Under the pieces are notes generated by a model. It was not told the origin of the DNA and searched no databases. It saw only the letters and a program-made list of their open reading frames with translations. A stretch of DNA of 11,097 nt from assembly GCA_016840855.1 (NCBI GenBank), contig JAEORO010000047.1, forward strand, positions 1 to 11,097. Direction: 5' to 3'. Position numbers and translations under genes: made by a program. Positions 1 through 7,325 of this stretch are shown here, one piece after another. The DNA comes from Candidatus Thorarchaeota archaeon. Its GTDB lineage: Archaea > Asgardarchaeota > Thorarchaeia > Thorarchaeales > Thorarchaeaceae. Each line of letters starts with the position of its first letter. The stretch's first letter is position 1.

Positions 1-46
1 AAAGACAATTGACGGAATAATTAATGATTTGAGTGATTTGTTCAAT

Positions 47-2302
47 TTATCGCCCCCTCTTATCTAGTATAAGTCCTAGAATTAGTATACCTGCTATTAC
101 TCCCATTGAAAGCATAAGCATTCCAAAAGTGACTGCATCACTCATATCATCGTCTGGAGTTCCAGGACTATCTCCAGTTCCTGTTGTTATGGACGTTGTT
201 GTAGTTGCTGATGACCCATCCTCTGTCACGGTTACAATAACTATGTCTGAAATCGTGTTCCCTCCCTCATCTGCTACTGTGAGTTCATATTCATATGTGC
301 CAACGCTCAACCAGTCAATATTGATGATAATTTGTTGTCCACCCCATCCTCCAGAAAGAATGATAACTCCATTAACTTGTATGGTGAACTCAGATGGGTG
401 AGCATCAGAAGGAGTCCAAGTAATGTTGTGGCCAGTAGTTGCCACTTGGTAGAGGATGTCTGGTGGACTATCCACTATGGGTGCAGATCCGTCAAGAACT
501 GAAACTATGACTTCATCAAAAATTGAATTATCACCTACATCATTTACGATTATAATGAAAATGTGAGTGCCATAAGCCAGGCCATCACAGGATGCAATGA
601 TCACTTCTAAGCTTGAATTCCAAAGTCCCTTTTTCATTAATGTGCCATCAAGAAAGATTTCGTATGATACCGGATTAAGATCACTCGGCGTCCAAGTTAT
701 GAATTCACCAACATCACCTTCGTTGATTGCAATATCCATTGGTGAATCAATTGTTGGCTTTGTATCATCATAAACAGTAACTATCACTAAATCACTTGTA
801 GTATGATTCGCAAGATCATAAACAATGATGGTAAACTCATAGATACCTATTGAGAGTCCATCAATTGAGATTGAGATTGTTTCTGAGCTTGCATTCCACA
901 ATCCCGACTTCACTAGAACGTTATTCAGGAATATCTCATAAGTTGAAGGATCGACATCAATCGGTGACCAGTCGATTATGTTGCCTATGGAGCCTTCAGG
1001 TATAATTTGGTCTAAAGGATGGTCAATAATAGGCTCTGGTGGAAATATCACAGTGACAAGAACTTCATCAGAAATCGAGTTTCCACTTGTGTCTGTAACT
1101 ACGATTGTGAAATTATACGTGGCAATTGTTAATCCATCGATTGGCTCGATAATTGGATCGCCACTCCATGCTTCAAATCGTATGATTTCATCATTACGGT
1201 ATATTGTGAATGTACTTGGATTCAAATCTGAGGCATTCCATACAATCGAATTTCCTGTCGAGCCTTCAGAATACTCTATATCTGGAGGATGATCTATACT
1301 AGGATTGGTGTCATCGATTAGTGTGACAAATGTAGTATCTTTTGCAGTATTTCCACTTGCATCAAACACAACTAGTGTATAGTTATATTCCCCTAAAGAA
1401 ACTCCAGCAAGAGATACAATAATATTTCCTCCAATCCAAACATCTGTATCAACTAGAACTCCATCTCTGTACGCATCGTAGCTAGAAGGGTGTAAATCTG
1501 AACAAGTCCAGGTTAACGATGCAAAAGCTCCTTGCGAAATAGTAGAGTTATCTAAGTGATTTATGACTGGTAGCGTTTCATCCATTACCAGTACATTGAC
1601 TTGATCAACAGCCATGTTATCATAGTCATCATATACAATAATTGTCAGATTGTGAGTTCCAGCTGACAGGGTGCCCAAGCCAACACTAATTGAAGAACCA
1701 TTCCATAATCCATTAGAGAATAATACACCGTTGTCGAGGACTTCATATCTGTCCGGATAGGCATCGTTTGGATTCCATGTGATGAATTCTGAGAAGTTCC
1801 CCTCAACGATTTCCATGTCCGGGGGGCTGTCGATTGTAGGTGGCACTGGATCTTTGACTTCTATGGCGATGTCTAGGCTCTGAGACCCATTTACTGCTGC
1901 ACTCCATACTCTTATTGTATAAAACCCTAGATTTTGAGGTGTAAATGTGCAATCGCATATGACTCTGAATTTTGAAGAAGAAAGATCACCAGCTGTGTTA
2001 TCCTGAATCTCCATTGGAGTGAAAGTGAAATTGTCATTATCTGCCCATCCATATTGAATACTAACGTATAGATCTGTGCCACCAAATGATGGTTTTGAAG
2101 CATCAATCCTCAATGTGAACGGAATTCCAACATATGCTGCTCCTGTAGAATTTGATGAGATTGTATACGATCCATCAATGGTATGGCACTCCCCACATTC
2201 TAATGTATAGCCAGAATGCGCAATTGTTGCAATTGCTCCAAGAAAGAGGAGAAGTGAAAAAGCACTGATTATTCCAAGTATTGTTCTAGTCCTTCGGTTC
2301 AT
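47..2302 (-). CDS. Secreted, C-terminally anchored surface protein with a single CxxCH (putative c-type heme) N-terminal domain and six ~90-aa Ig-like repeats
   Basis: ATG at 2302 gives a Sec-type signal peptide (MNRRTRTILGIISAFSLLLFLGAIATIA), then HSGYTLECGECH, six repeats, a Thr/Ser/Asp linker, a hydrophobic helix and a basic tail DKRGR. Many N-x-S/T sequons. Start moved from the ORF-track TTG at 2377. Confidence 0.85.
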   Translation of the reverse strand: MNRRTRTILGIISAFSLLLFLGAIATIAHSGYTLECGECHTIDGSYTISSNSTGAAYVGIPFTLRIDASKPSFGGTDLYVSIQYGWADNDNFTFTPMEIQDNTAGDLSSSKFRVICDCTFTPQNLGFYTIRVWSAAVNGSQSLDIAIEVKDPVPPTIDSPPDMEIVEGNFSEFITWNPNDAYPDRYEVLDNGVLFSNGLWNGSSISVGLGTLSAGTHNLTIIVYDDYDNMAVDQVNVLVMDETLPVINHLDNSTISQGAFASLTWTCSDLHPSSYDAYRDGVLVDTDVWIGGNIIVSLAGVSLGEYNYTLVVFDASGNTAKDTTFVTLIDDTNPSIDHPPDIEYSEGSTGNSIVWNASDLNPSTFTIYRNDEIIRFEAWSGDPIIEPIDGLTIATYNFTIVVTDTSGNSISDEVLVTVIFPPEPIIDHPLDQIIPEGSIGNIIDWSPIDVDPSTYEIFLNNVLVKSGLWNASSETISISIDGLSIGIYEFTIIVYDLANHTTSDLVIVTVYDDTKPTIDSPMDIAINEGDVGEFITWTPSDLNPVSYEIFLDGTLMKKGLWNSSLEVIIASCDGLAYGTHIFIIIVNDVGDNSIFDEVIVSVLDGSAPIVDSPPDILYQVATTGHNITWTPSDAHPSEFTIQVNGVIILSGGWGGQQIIINIDWLSVGTYEYELTVADEGGNTISDIVIVTVTEDGSSATTTTSITTGTGDSPGTPDDDMSDAVTFGMLMLSMGVIAGILILGLILDKRGR
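227..1855 (-). repeat. Six tandem ~90-aa Ig-like (PKD/HYR-like beta-sandwich) protein repeats
   Basis: Consensus D..P.ID.P.D....EG..G..I.W...D..P..Y.I..N/DG.....G.W......I.IDGL..G.Y..TI.V.D..GN...D.V.VTV recurs six times over 543 codons; diverged at DNA level. Confidence 0.9.
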
Positions 2303-2358
2303 TTGATAACACTCAGCTGTGGTATGCTCTCCCAAACGCGCGGAGTGTCTGAAACCGG

Positions 2359-2366
2359 TTATATAA
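2359..2366 (-). promoter_or_regulatory. Putative archaeal TATA box for the surface-protein gene
   Basis: TTATATAA about 57 nt upstream of ATG 2302 on the minus strand. Confidence 0.45.
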
Positions 2367-2554
2367 GAATACTTCAAAATGATTTAGAGTTACAAACCTC
2401 AACATTTGTTACTTGAAGCCTGTAGCTAATGTTAGAATTTTAAACAGAGTCAATTTTTGGGTTCCAGATTGAATACTCTTCTAAAGTGTTTCAAAACATT
2501 CTCAGGATTATTTCGATTCTTCTAATATTGTTACATTTCTCAACTCTCGCTAGG

Positions 2555-2562
2555 TTTTTATC
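2555..2562 (+). promoter_or_regulatory. Possible TATA-like box for the flavoprotein-NuoB fusion gene
   Basis: TTTTTATC about 60 nt upstream of ATG 2623; GGAGA SD-like element at 2610-2614. Confidence 0.3.
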
Positions 2563-2622
2563 TTACAAATTTCCAAGCCCTAAACTGTAAGCGGCTCTGT
2601 TCATGAGCTGGAGAGTGGACTC

Positions 2623-4563
2623 ATGGTCCTAAAAGCTGAACCGAAAGAGAAACTAGAGGAAATTTTTGGAGACCGCCTAATAACTGAGAAGCATGAATTG
2701 ATTTTATTCGGACAGGATGTTGGGTCGCTCCCAAAACAAGTAGGTTGGCTCATGAACACAAAACCTGATGCCATTGTCCAACCTCAAGGTCCTGAAGATA
2801 TTCAAGCACTCTATAAGGTTGCACGAGAGTTCAAGATACCGTTAGTTCCTCGAGCAGCGGGAACATCCGGATATGGAGGCGCAATTCCAAGAAAAGGCGG
2901 AGTTGTTGTAGACATGCGCCGAATGGACAAGATTCTAGAGGTTGACAGCGAGAATCTGACTGTTACAGTAGAGCCAGGAATTTCATGGGCAAATCTCCAG
3001 TTTGAATTGAACAGGCAAGGTTTGGACACTAGATGCTATCCATCATCAGGACTTTCAGCCACAGTTGGAGGATGGGTGGCACAAGGTGGCGATGGTATTG
3101 GGTCTCTCAAGTATGGTAACATCAACAAGAATGTCGTGAAACTTGAAGTTGTTCTACCAACTGGAAAACTTGTCAAAACAAAAGATCTTGATTTATTCTG
3201 TGACACCGAAGGAATTCTTGGAATCATCACCAAGGTCACCTTGAAGATCAAAACACTAACACCCATGAAGGTTATCGTTTCAAGTTTCGAAGAGAACTAT
3301 CAGATGGTCCTAGCTATTGAGAAGATACTAGAAGATGGACCGCTACCATTCACGATTAAGTTCGAAGAGTCAAAATACACAGACCTCAAGAAAGCAATCT
3401 GGGAGGGTAAAAAACCATTCCCAATTCCAGCTCATCATTGTTCATTGATGGTAGCCTATGAAGGTGATGAGGAAGAAATAGAGGAAGGCATCAGAGTAGT
3501 CAAAGATGTCACCGAGATGTATAGAGGATTCGTCTACGATGATGAGGTTGCTGAACACGAGTGGCATGATCGCTATTACCCAATGAAAATCAAGAAGAAA
3601 GGACCTACACTCGTAGTTGGTCAAGCTTTTGCTCCACTCGAAAATCTCGCTGCAGTCCTAGATGACTTCCAGTTCGAACAAGCATCAGCAAAGGCTGGCA
3701 TTGATGGTTATGTGAACTCCAAAACTGGAGTAACAATGATGGGTTACTTCCTTGAGGATGAGAGAAGAATGTTCTACATGTTCTCATGGTCTCAGAGCTT
3801 TGTAATATTCAAGATAGCTCAACGTCATGGTGGACATGTTCACTCAACAGGTATCTGGTTTGCTAACTATGCCTCACAATACTTTGGGAAAGAAAGACTT
3901 GCACGAATCAGGGCGGCGAAGCTCCAATGGGATAAGAAGGAGATATCCAATCCGGGTAAGATCTTTGCGTACTGGCTACCCTTCATTCTTAAGATTGGTA
4001 AGTATTTCTTGTGGATTTTCTATGACCTGTTCAGGAATGGTTTTGGACGAATCGCGCCAATCCTCCTGAAATGGCTACAGAACGTACCACCATTGAAGTG
4101 GATGTTGAGGTGGGGCCGAGCACATAGTCCTTGGCCAATGCAATATGGTATTGGTTGTTGCATGGTGGATGGTGCTGCAGGAATCGCTCCTCGTTGGGAC
4201 TTTGAAAGGTTTGGAATGCTCCCACTCTTTGGTCCGAGGCAGACAGATGTACTGTGGATTTCAGGTTCACTAACTAAGAAAATGGCTCCACGACTGAGAC
4301 GTATCTATGAGCAAATGCCAGAGCCAAAATATGTCATCGCTTTCGGTCAGTGTGTTGCATCAGGAGGGCTCTTTTGGGAAGGATACAGTCTTGCTACACC
4401 ACCCGACAAGATTGTACCTGTAGACGTCTATCTCCCCGGCTGTCCTCCGAAGCCAGCTGATTTCATTCGAGCGCATGTCATCTTGCAGAACAAAATCCGT
4501 GCTGGAACTACTCACTGGCAAAAGAAATACGAGAACCAAGATGCAATGGGGATGATGCAATAA
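2623..4563 (+). CDS. Fusion: FAD-binding oxidoreductase (GlcD/D-lactate dehydrogenase-like, FAD_binding_4 plus cap domain) + NuoB/FpoB-like Fe-S subunit
   Basis: N-terminal motifs PDAIVQP, PLVPRAAGTSGYGGAIP, TVTVEPG, ATVGGWVA, SLKYG, TEGILGIITKVTLK, ending NPGKIF (~3966). The C-terminal part from ~4090 has NuoB motifs WGRAHSPWP, GIGCC, DFERFG, PRQTDVL..SG, KMAPRLRRIYEQMPEPKYVIAFGQCVASGG, PVDVYLPGCPPKP. One uninterrupted frame. Confidence 0.93.
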   Translation: MVLKAEPKEKLEEIFGDRLITEKHELILFGQDVGSLPKQVGWLMNTKPDAIVQPQGPEDIQALYKVAREFKIPLVPRAAGTSGYGGAIPRKGGVVVDMRRMDKILEVDSENLTVTVEPGISWANLQFELNRQGLDTRCYPSSGLSATVGGWVAQGGDGIGSLKYGNINKNVVKLEVVLPTGKLVKTKDLDLFCDTEGILGIITKVTLKIKTLTPMKVIVSSFEENYQMVLAIEKILEDGPLPFTIKFEESKYTDLKKAIWEGKKPFPIPAHHCSLMVAYEGDEEEIEEGIRVVKDVTEMYRGFVYDDEVAEHEWHDRYYPMKIKKKGPTLVVGQAFAPLENLAAVLDDFQFEQASAKAGIDGYVNSKTGVTMMGYFLEDERRMFYMFSWSQSFVIFKIAQRHGGHVHSTGIWFANYASQYFGKERLARIRAAKLQWDKKEISNPGKIFAYWLPFILKIGKYFLWIFYDLFRNGFGRIAPILLKWLQNVPPLKWMLRWGRAHSPWPMQYGIGCCMVDGAAGIAPRWDFERFGMLPLFGPRQTDVLWISGSLTKKMAPRLRRIYEQMPEPKYVIAFGQCVASGGLFWEGYSLATPPDKIVPVDVYLPGCPPKPADFIRAHVILQNKIRAGTTHWQKKYENQDAMGMMQ

Positions 4564-5138
4564 TGTACATTCGACAAGATAGTGATCCATATTGCCTGCT
4601 TTTTCTTGGTCTAGTTATTCTCACAGCATATATCTTTAATTTCGTATATCTTGGATTCTTATTGCCTGCAGTCTCCCTTATCATAGCAGGCTCTTTCACT
4701 CTTATCGGCGGCATGTCTATCCTCTTGGTTTTCTTTCTAATTGGATACTTTAGACCTGAAAAAGGGAAAGGAAAGAACTTGATGATGGCTTTGTCCATTA
4801 CATTTGGTTTCTTTTATGTGGTCTTTGTTGATAGATTTGCTGTAGCAGTGCCATCTGCTGGTAGTACTCTCTACCTTTCATTCTGGGGCTTAGGAGGAGT
4901 AATTCTTACTGCGGCTGGTTTTGCAATGATGCATAACCAAGAGGAAAGCTATTCTCCAGGAATATTGGATACACAAGCGTTACACTATGGTCCAGAACCA
5001 GAGCCTGAACCTGAAGCTGAGCCTGAAGAAGAGGTCGACAAAGAACCTGAAATGACATCAGTGACTGAGACCCCAACAGCCACTGATGAAAGTGTCAAGA
5101 CTCCCTCTGAACCATCATCTGATGCTGGGGATGAATGA
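4563..5138 (+). CDS. Hypothetical membrane protein (about 4 TM helices) with acidic Pro/Glu-rich C-terminal tail
   Basis: ATG overlaps the fusion gene's stop (TAATG), implying translational coupling; four hydrophobic stretches, then EPEPEPEAEPEEE. Confidence 0.75.
   Translation: MYIRQDSDPYCLLFLGLVILTAYIFNFVYLGFLLPAVSLIIAGSFTLIGGMSILLVFFLIGYFRPEKGKGKNLMMALSITFGFFYVVFVDRFAVAVPSAGSTLYLSFWGLGGVILTAAGFAMMHNQEESYSPGILDTQALHYGPEPEPEPEAEPEEEVDKEPEMTSVTETPTATDESVKTPSEPSSDAGDE
4992..5027 (+). repeat. Imperfect 6-nt tandem repeat encoding (PE)n
   Basis: ccagaa ccagag cctgaa cctgaa gctgag cctgaa. Confidence 0.7.
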
Positions 5139-5147
5139 AACTATTTC

Positions 5148-5504
5148 CTACTCATGAAGCCAATTGAAAGCAGCAAATGCTATCAGAAGTCCAATCCCCA
5201 TCCATGCGAATAGGATAATTGCCTCGATTAAGCTATACATCGTGAAGACGAGGTATAGATGGATTCCTCCAAGAATACCTGTAAGCATAGTAAGAGCAAT
5301 TCTACCTGAACGTGTGTTGGCCGAGGCGAATCCGAATGTGGTTCCTACAAGTAATAATCCGCCAAGAACGAGAACCCAGTAAAAGAGCAAATTCACTACA
5401 ACGATTGGAGTGGTCATGAGTGTCCAGAAGTAGGCTCCCAAGAGCGCCATTCCAATCAGAAGAGCCAGATAATAGAAGAATGTTCCTTCTTCGCCACGAA
5501 CCAA
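5148..5504 (-). CDS. Hypothetical small membrane protein (4 TM helices)
   Basis: 118 aa, almost entirely four hydrophobic helices; TTG start with GGTGA SD at 5510-5514 (minus strand); convergent with the 4563-5138 gene, 9-nt gap. Confidence 0.75.
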   Translation of the reverse strand: MVRGEEGTFFYYLALLIGMALLGAYFWTLMTTPIVVVNLLFYWVLVLGGLLLVGTTFGFASANTRSGRIALTMLTGILGGIHLYLVFTMYSLIEAIILFAWMGIGLLIAFAAFNWLHE

Positions 5505-5560
5505 TTAAATCACCAACAATCATTAGATATTGTATCGAGTTCTTGTTCGTTTCGTCGTGA

Positions 5561-5567
5561 TATATAA
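5561..5567 (-). promoter_or_regulatory. Putative TATA box for the 5148-5504 gene
   Basis: TTATATA on the minus strand about 57 nt upstream of the TTG start. Confidence 0.35.
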
Positions 5568-5669
5568 CTGCTTTGTGTCGTCCCAAAAAAAACCCGAAGT
5601 GTTTTTATCACGGTACTTTTTCTACCGCGGTAAGTTTCAATGTACATTGTACGGCTAAAATCCGTGTCT

Positions 5670-5696
5670 TGAAATGTTAAGAAAAGCAACATTTCA
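5670..5696. promoter_or_regulatory. Perfect 9-bp inverted repeat, candidate operator upstream of the nuo operon
   Basis: TGAAATGTT-N9-AACATTTCA in the divergent intergenic region 5505-5878. Confidence 0.4.
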
Positions 5697-5878
5697 TCTA
5701 TCACGGGTTACGGACCAGTCATATCAATGACATGTTAGCACTGTAGGACCTTGGAACAAATGACAACGGAAACTCTTGACAAGACCGATTTTGTAGGTAC
5801 CTTCAATAACCGCGATGTTCCGTTGAGTGCTACCAATATGGACTTTACAATCGGTAATTTAGAGGATGGTTTCTTGGT

Positions 5879-6349
5879 ATGATGCAGAATGATATTAGAT
5901 TGTATGAGCTATTCATCCCTGTTTTAATATGGGCAATATTGGCTGTTGTTCTTGTTGTTGTGATGCTCCTTGCATCTTGGGTGCTACGTCCCCATGTGCT
6001 GCAAAACTCCGAGAAAACATCAACATATGAATGTGGAGAAGAACCAGTTGGTCCAGCAAGAATTTCATACCCATACAACTATTTCATCTATACAGTGCTT
6101 TTCGTTGTAGTTGATGTCATGGGCGCCTTTCTCTGGCTCATTTCCGCTTCAAATATTCTCTGGACTGATGCTACCAAGTATGTAGTGGTATGGCAGGTGG
6201 CTTTGTTTGTGTTAATAATTATTGGCGGTATCGCCTTTGTTATTAAAATGCTACCACATGCAGCTTTGGATGGTAAAGAAACACTTCTGGTCTATAACAA
6301 AGCGAAAGCAGAGAGAGAACGAGAACAACACGTGATAGGAGGTCATTAA
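5879..6349 (+). CDS. nuoA: Complex I-like subunit A
   Basis: Three TM helices; loop EKTSTYECGEEPVG; YFIYTVLFVVVDV matches the YY..AILFVIFDVE helix. Confidence 0.92.
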   Translation: MMQNDIRLYELFIPVLIWAILAVVLVVVMLLASWVLRPHVLQNSEKTSTYECGEEPVGPARISYPYNYFIYTVLFVVVDVMGAFLWLISASNILWTDATKYVVVWQVALFVLIIIGGIAFVIKMLPHAALDGKETLLVYNKAKAEREREQHVIGGH

Positions 6350-6351
6350 GA

Positions 6352-7008
6352 TTGCAAGATTTTGAGCCATTTTTTGATTTAATGGAACCTCTAGAATTCC
6401 TCTTGATTGCTGGTATAGTATTAGTTCTTGCATATCTTGCACTTGAACACAAAGAGATTGTCTATTCCGCATTCTTCTTCGGATTCATGGCATCATTTGT
6501 TGCAGGGTTCTTCCTTCTACTCGAAGCACCTTTCATCGCCGGTATGCAGATTGCAGTTTACACAGGAGGCATCAGTGCTCTGATCATCTTTGCTGTCCTA
6601 CTCCTACCAAGAGCTCAAGATTCATCACTTGAAACATTCTCGCCACCATATAAACGTAGAATTGGACTTCTAATGGCTGCACTAGTCATAGTACTATCAG
6701 GTATTCTTGCGTTTATCTTTCCGTGGGCTGAGTCATTCGAAAGTTCAATTATCGAAATCTCAAACAACCTGAATGAACTTGCTATGTGGCTGTGGGCAGA
6801 CAACGGTATCTACGTTCAGATGATTGCCCTAATCATGATCACATCACTAGTTGGTTCTATTGCACTGATGAAGATGGATAGGGCAGAACAGCTTGTATCA
6901 ATTCAAGGTGAGTTTGGCATAGGAGCTGAACCTGAATTAGAGGAAATTGAGTCTACTGTAGGTGATGAATCAGCACCAGAAGATGAAGAGGAGGCTGATG
7001 ACCAATGA
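6352..7008 (+). CDS. nuoJ: Complex I-like subunit J
   Basis: VYSA...FLLLEAPFIAGMQIAVYTGGISALIIFAVLL is the NuoJ TM3 signature; TTG start with GGAGGT at 6338-6343; acidic tail. Confidence 0.9.
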   Translation: MQDFEPFFDLMEPLEFLLIAGIVLVLAYLALEHKEIVYSAFFFGFMASFVAGFFLLLEAPFIAGMQIAVYTGGISALIIFAVLLLPRAQDSSLETFSPPYKRRIGLLMAALVIVLSGILAFIFPWAESFESSIIEISNNLNELAMWLWADNGIYVQMIALIMITSLVGSIALMKMDRAEQLVSIQGEFGIGAEPELEEIESTVGDESAPEDEEEADDQ

Positions 7009-7325
7009 TACCCCTTTCATGGTATCTTGCCCTATCATTCATGCTGATAGGTCTAGGTGGATATGGGATGATGGTCAAGAGAAACCTCATCCGGATTCTA
7101 ATTGGTGCTGAGATAATGGGAAATGGAGTCAATATTGCACTTGTTGCTGTTTCCCTCTATAGTCCGATATTCACGTTCACAGGACAGGGACTAATTATCC
7201 TAGTTATCTCAGTTGCTGCTGCACACACGGCTTTGGCTCTGGTGTTGATGTTGATGTATAACCGACGTTATGGAACTGTTGACCTTGGACAACCAATCGA
7301 AATGGAGGAATCTCAACATGTCTGA
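7005..7325 (+). CDS. nuoK: Complex I-like subunit K
   Basis: 106 aa, three TMs, KRNLIRILIGAEIMGNG and VISVAAA motifs; ATGA overlap with nuoJ. Confidence 0.92.
   Translation: MIPLSWYLALSFMLIGLGGYGMMVKRNLIRILIGAEIMGNGVNIALVAVSLYSPIFTFTGQGLIILVISVAAAHTALALVLMLMYNRRYGTVDLGQPIEMEESQHV

Noticed and set aside
227-1855. CRISPR array, DGR template/variable repeats or mobile element in the repeated region
   Set aside because: Repeats are protein-level and diverged in DNA; I saw no identical direct repeats, adenine-specific variant pair, transposase or reverse transcriptase in the window.
2303-2377. ORF-track N-terminal extension of the surface protein from TTG 2377
   Set aside because: It overlaps the TATA-like box and would bury the signal peptide that begins at ATG 2302.
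3960-4110. Fusion as an artefact of a lost stop codon between two genes
   Set aside because: Frame is continuous with a structured linker, no SD precedes the NuoB part although the nuo genes mostly have strong SDs, and nuoB is missing from the visible operon; read-level confirmation is still advisable.
5510-5704. 64-aa minus-strand ORF in the intergenic region
   Set aside because: No recognisable features, and it spans probable promoter elements.
7270-7317. ORF-track upstream starts for nuoC (7270) and nuoH (8963)
   Set aside because: They overlap the preceding genes; SD positions favour 7318 and 8990.
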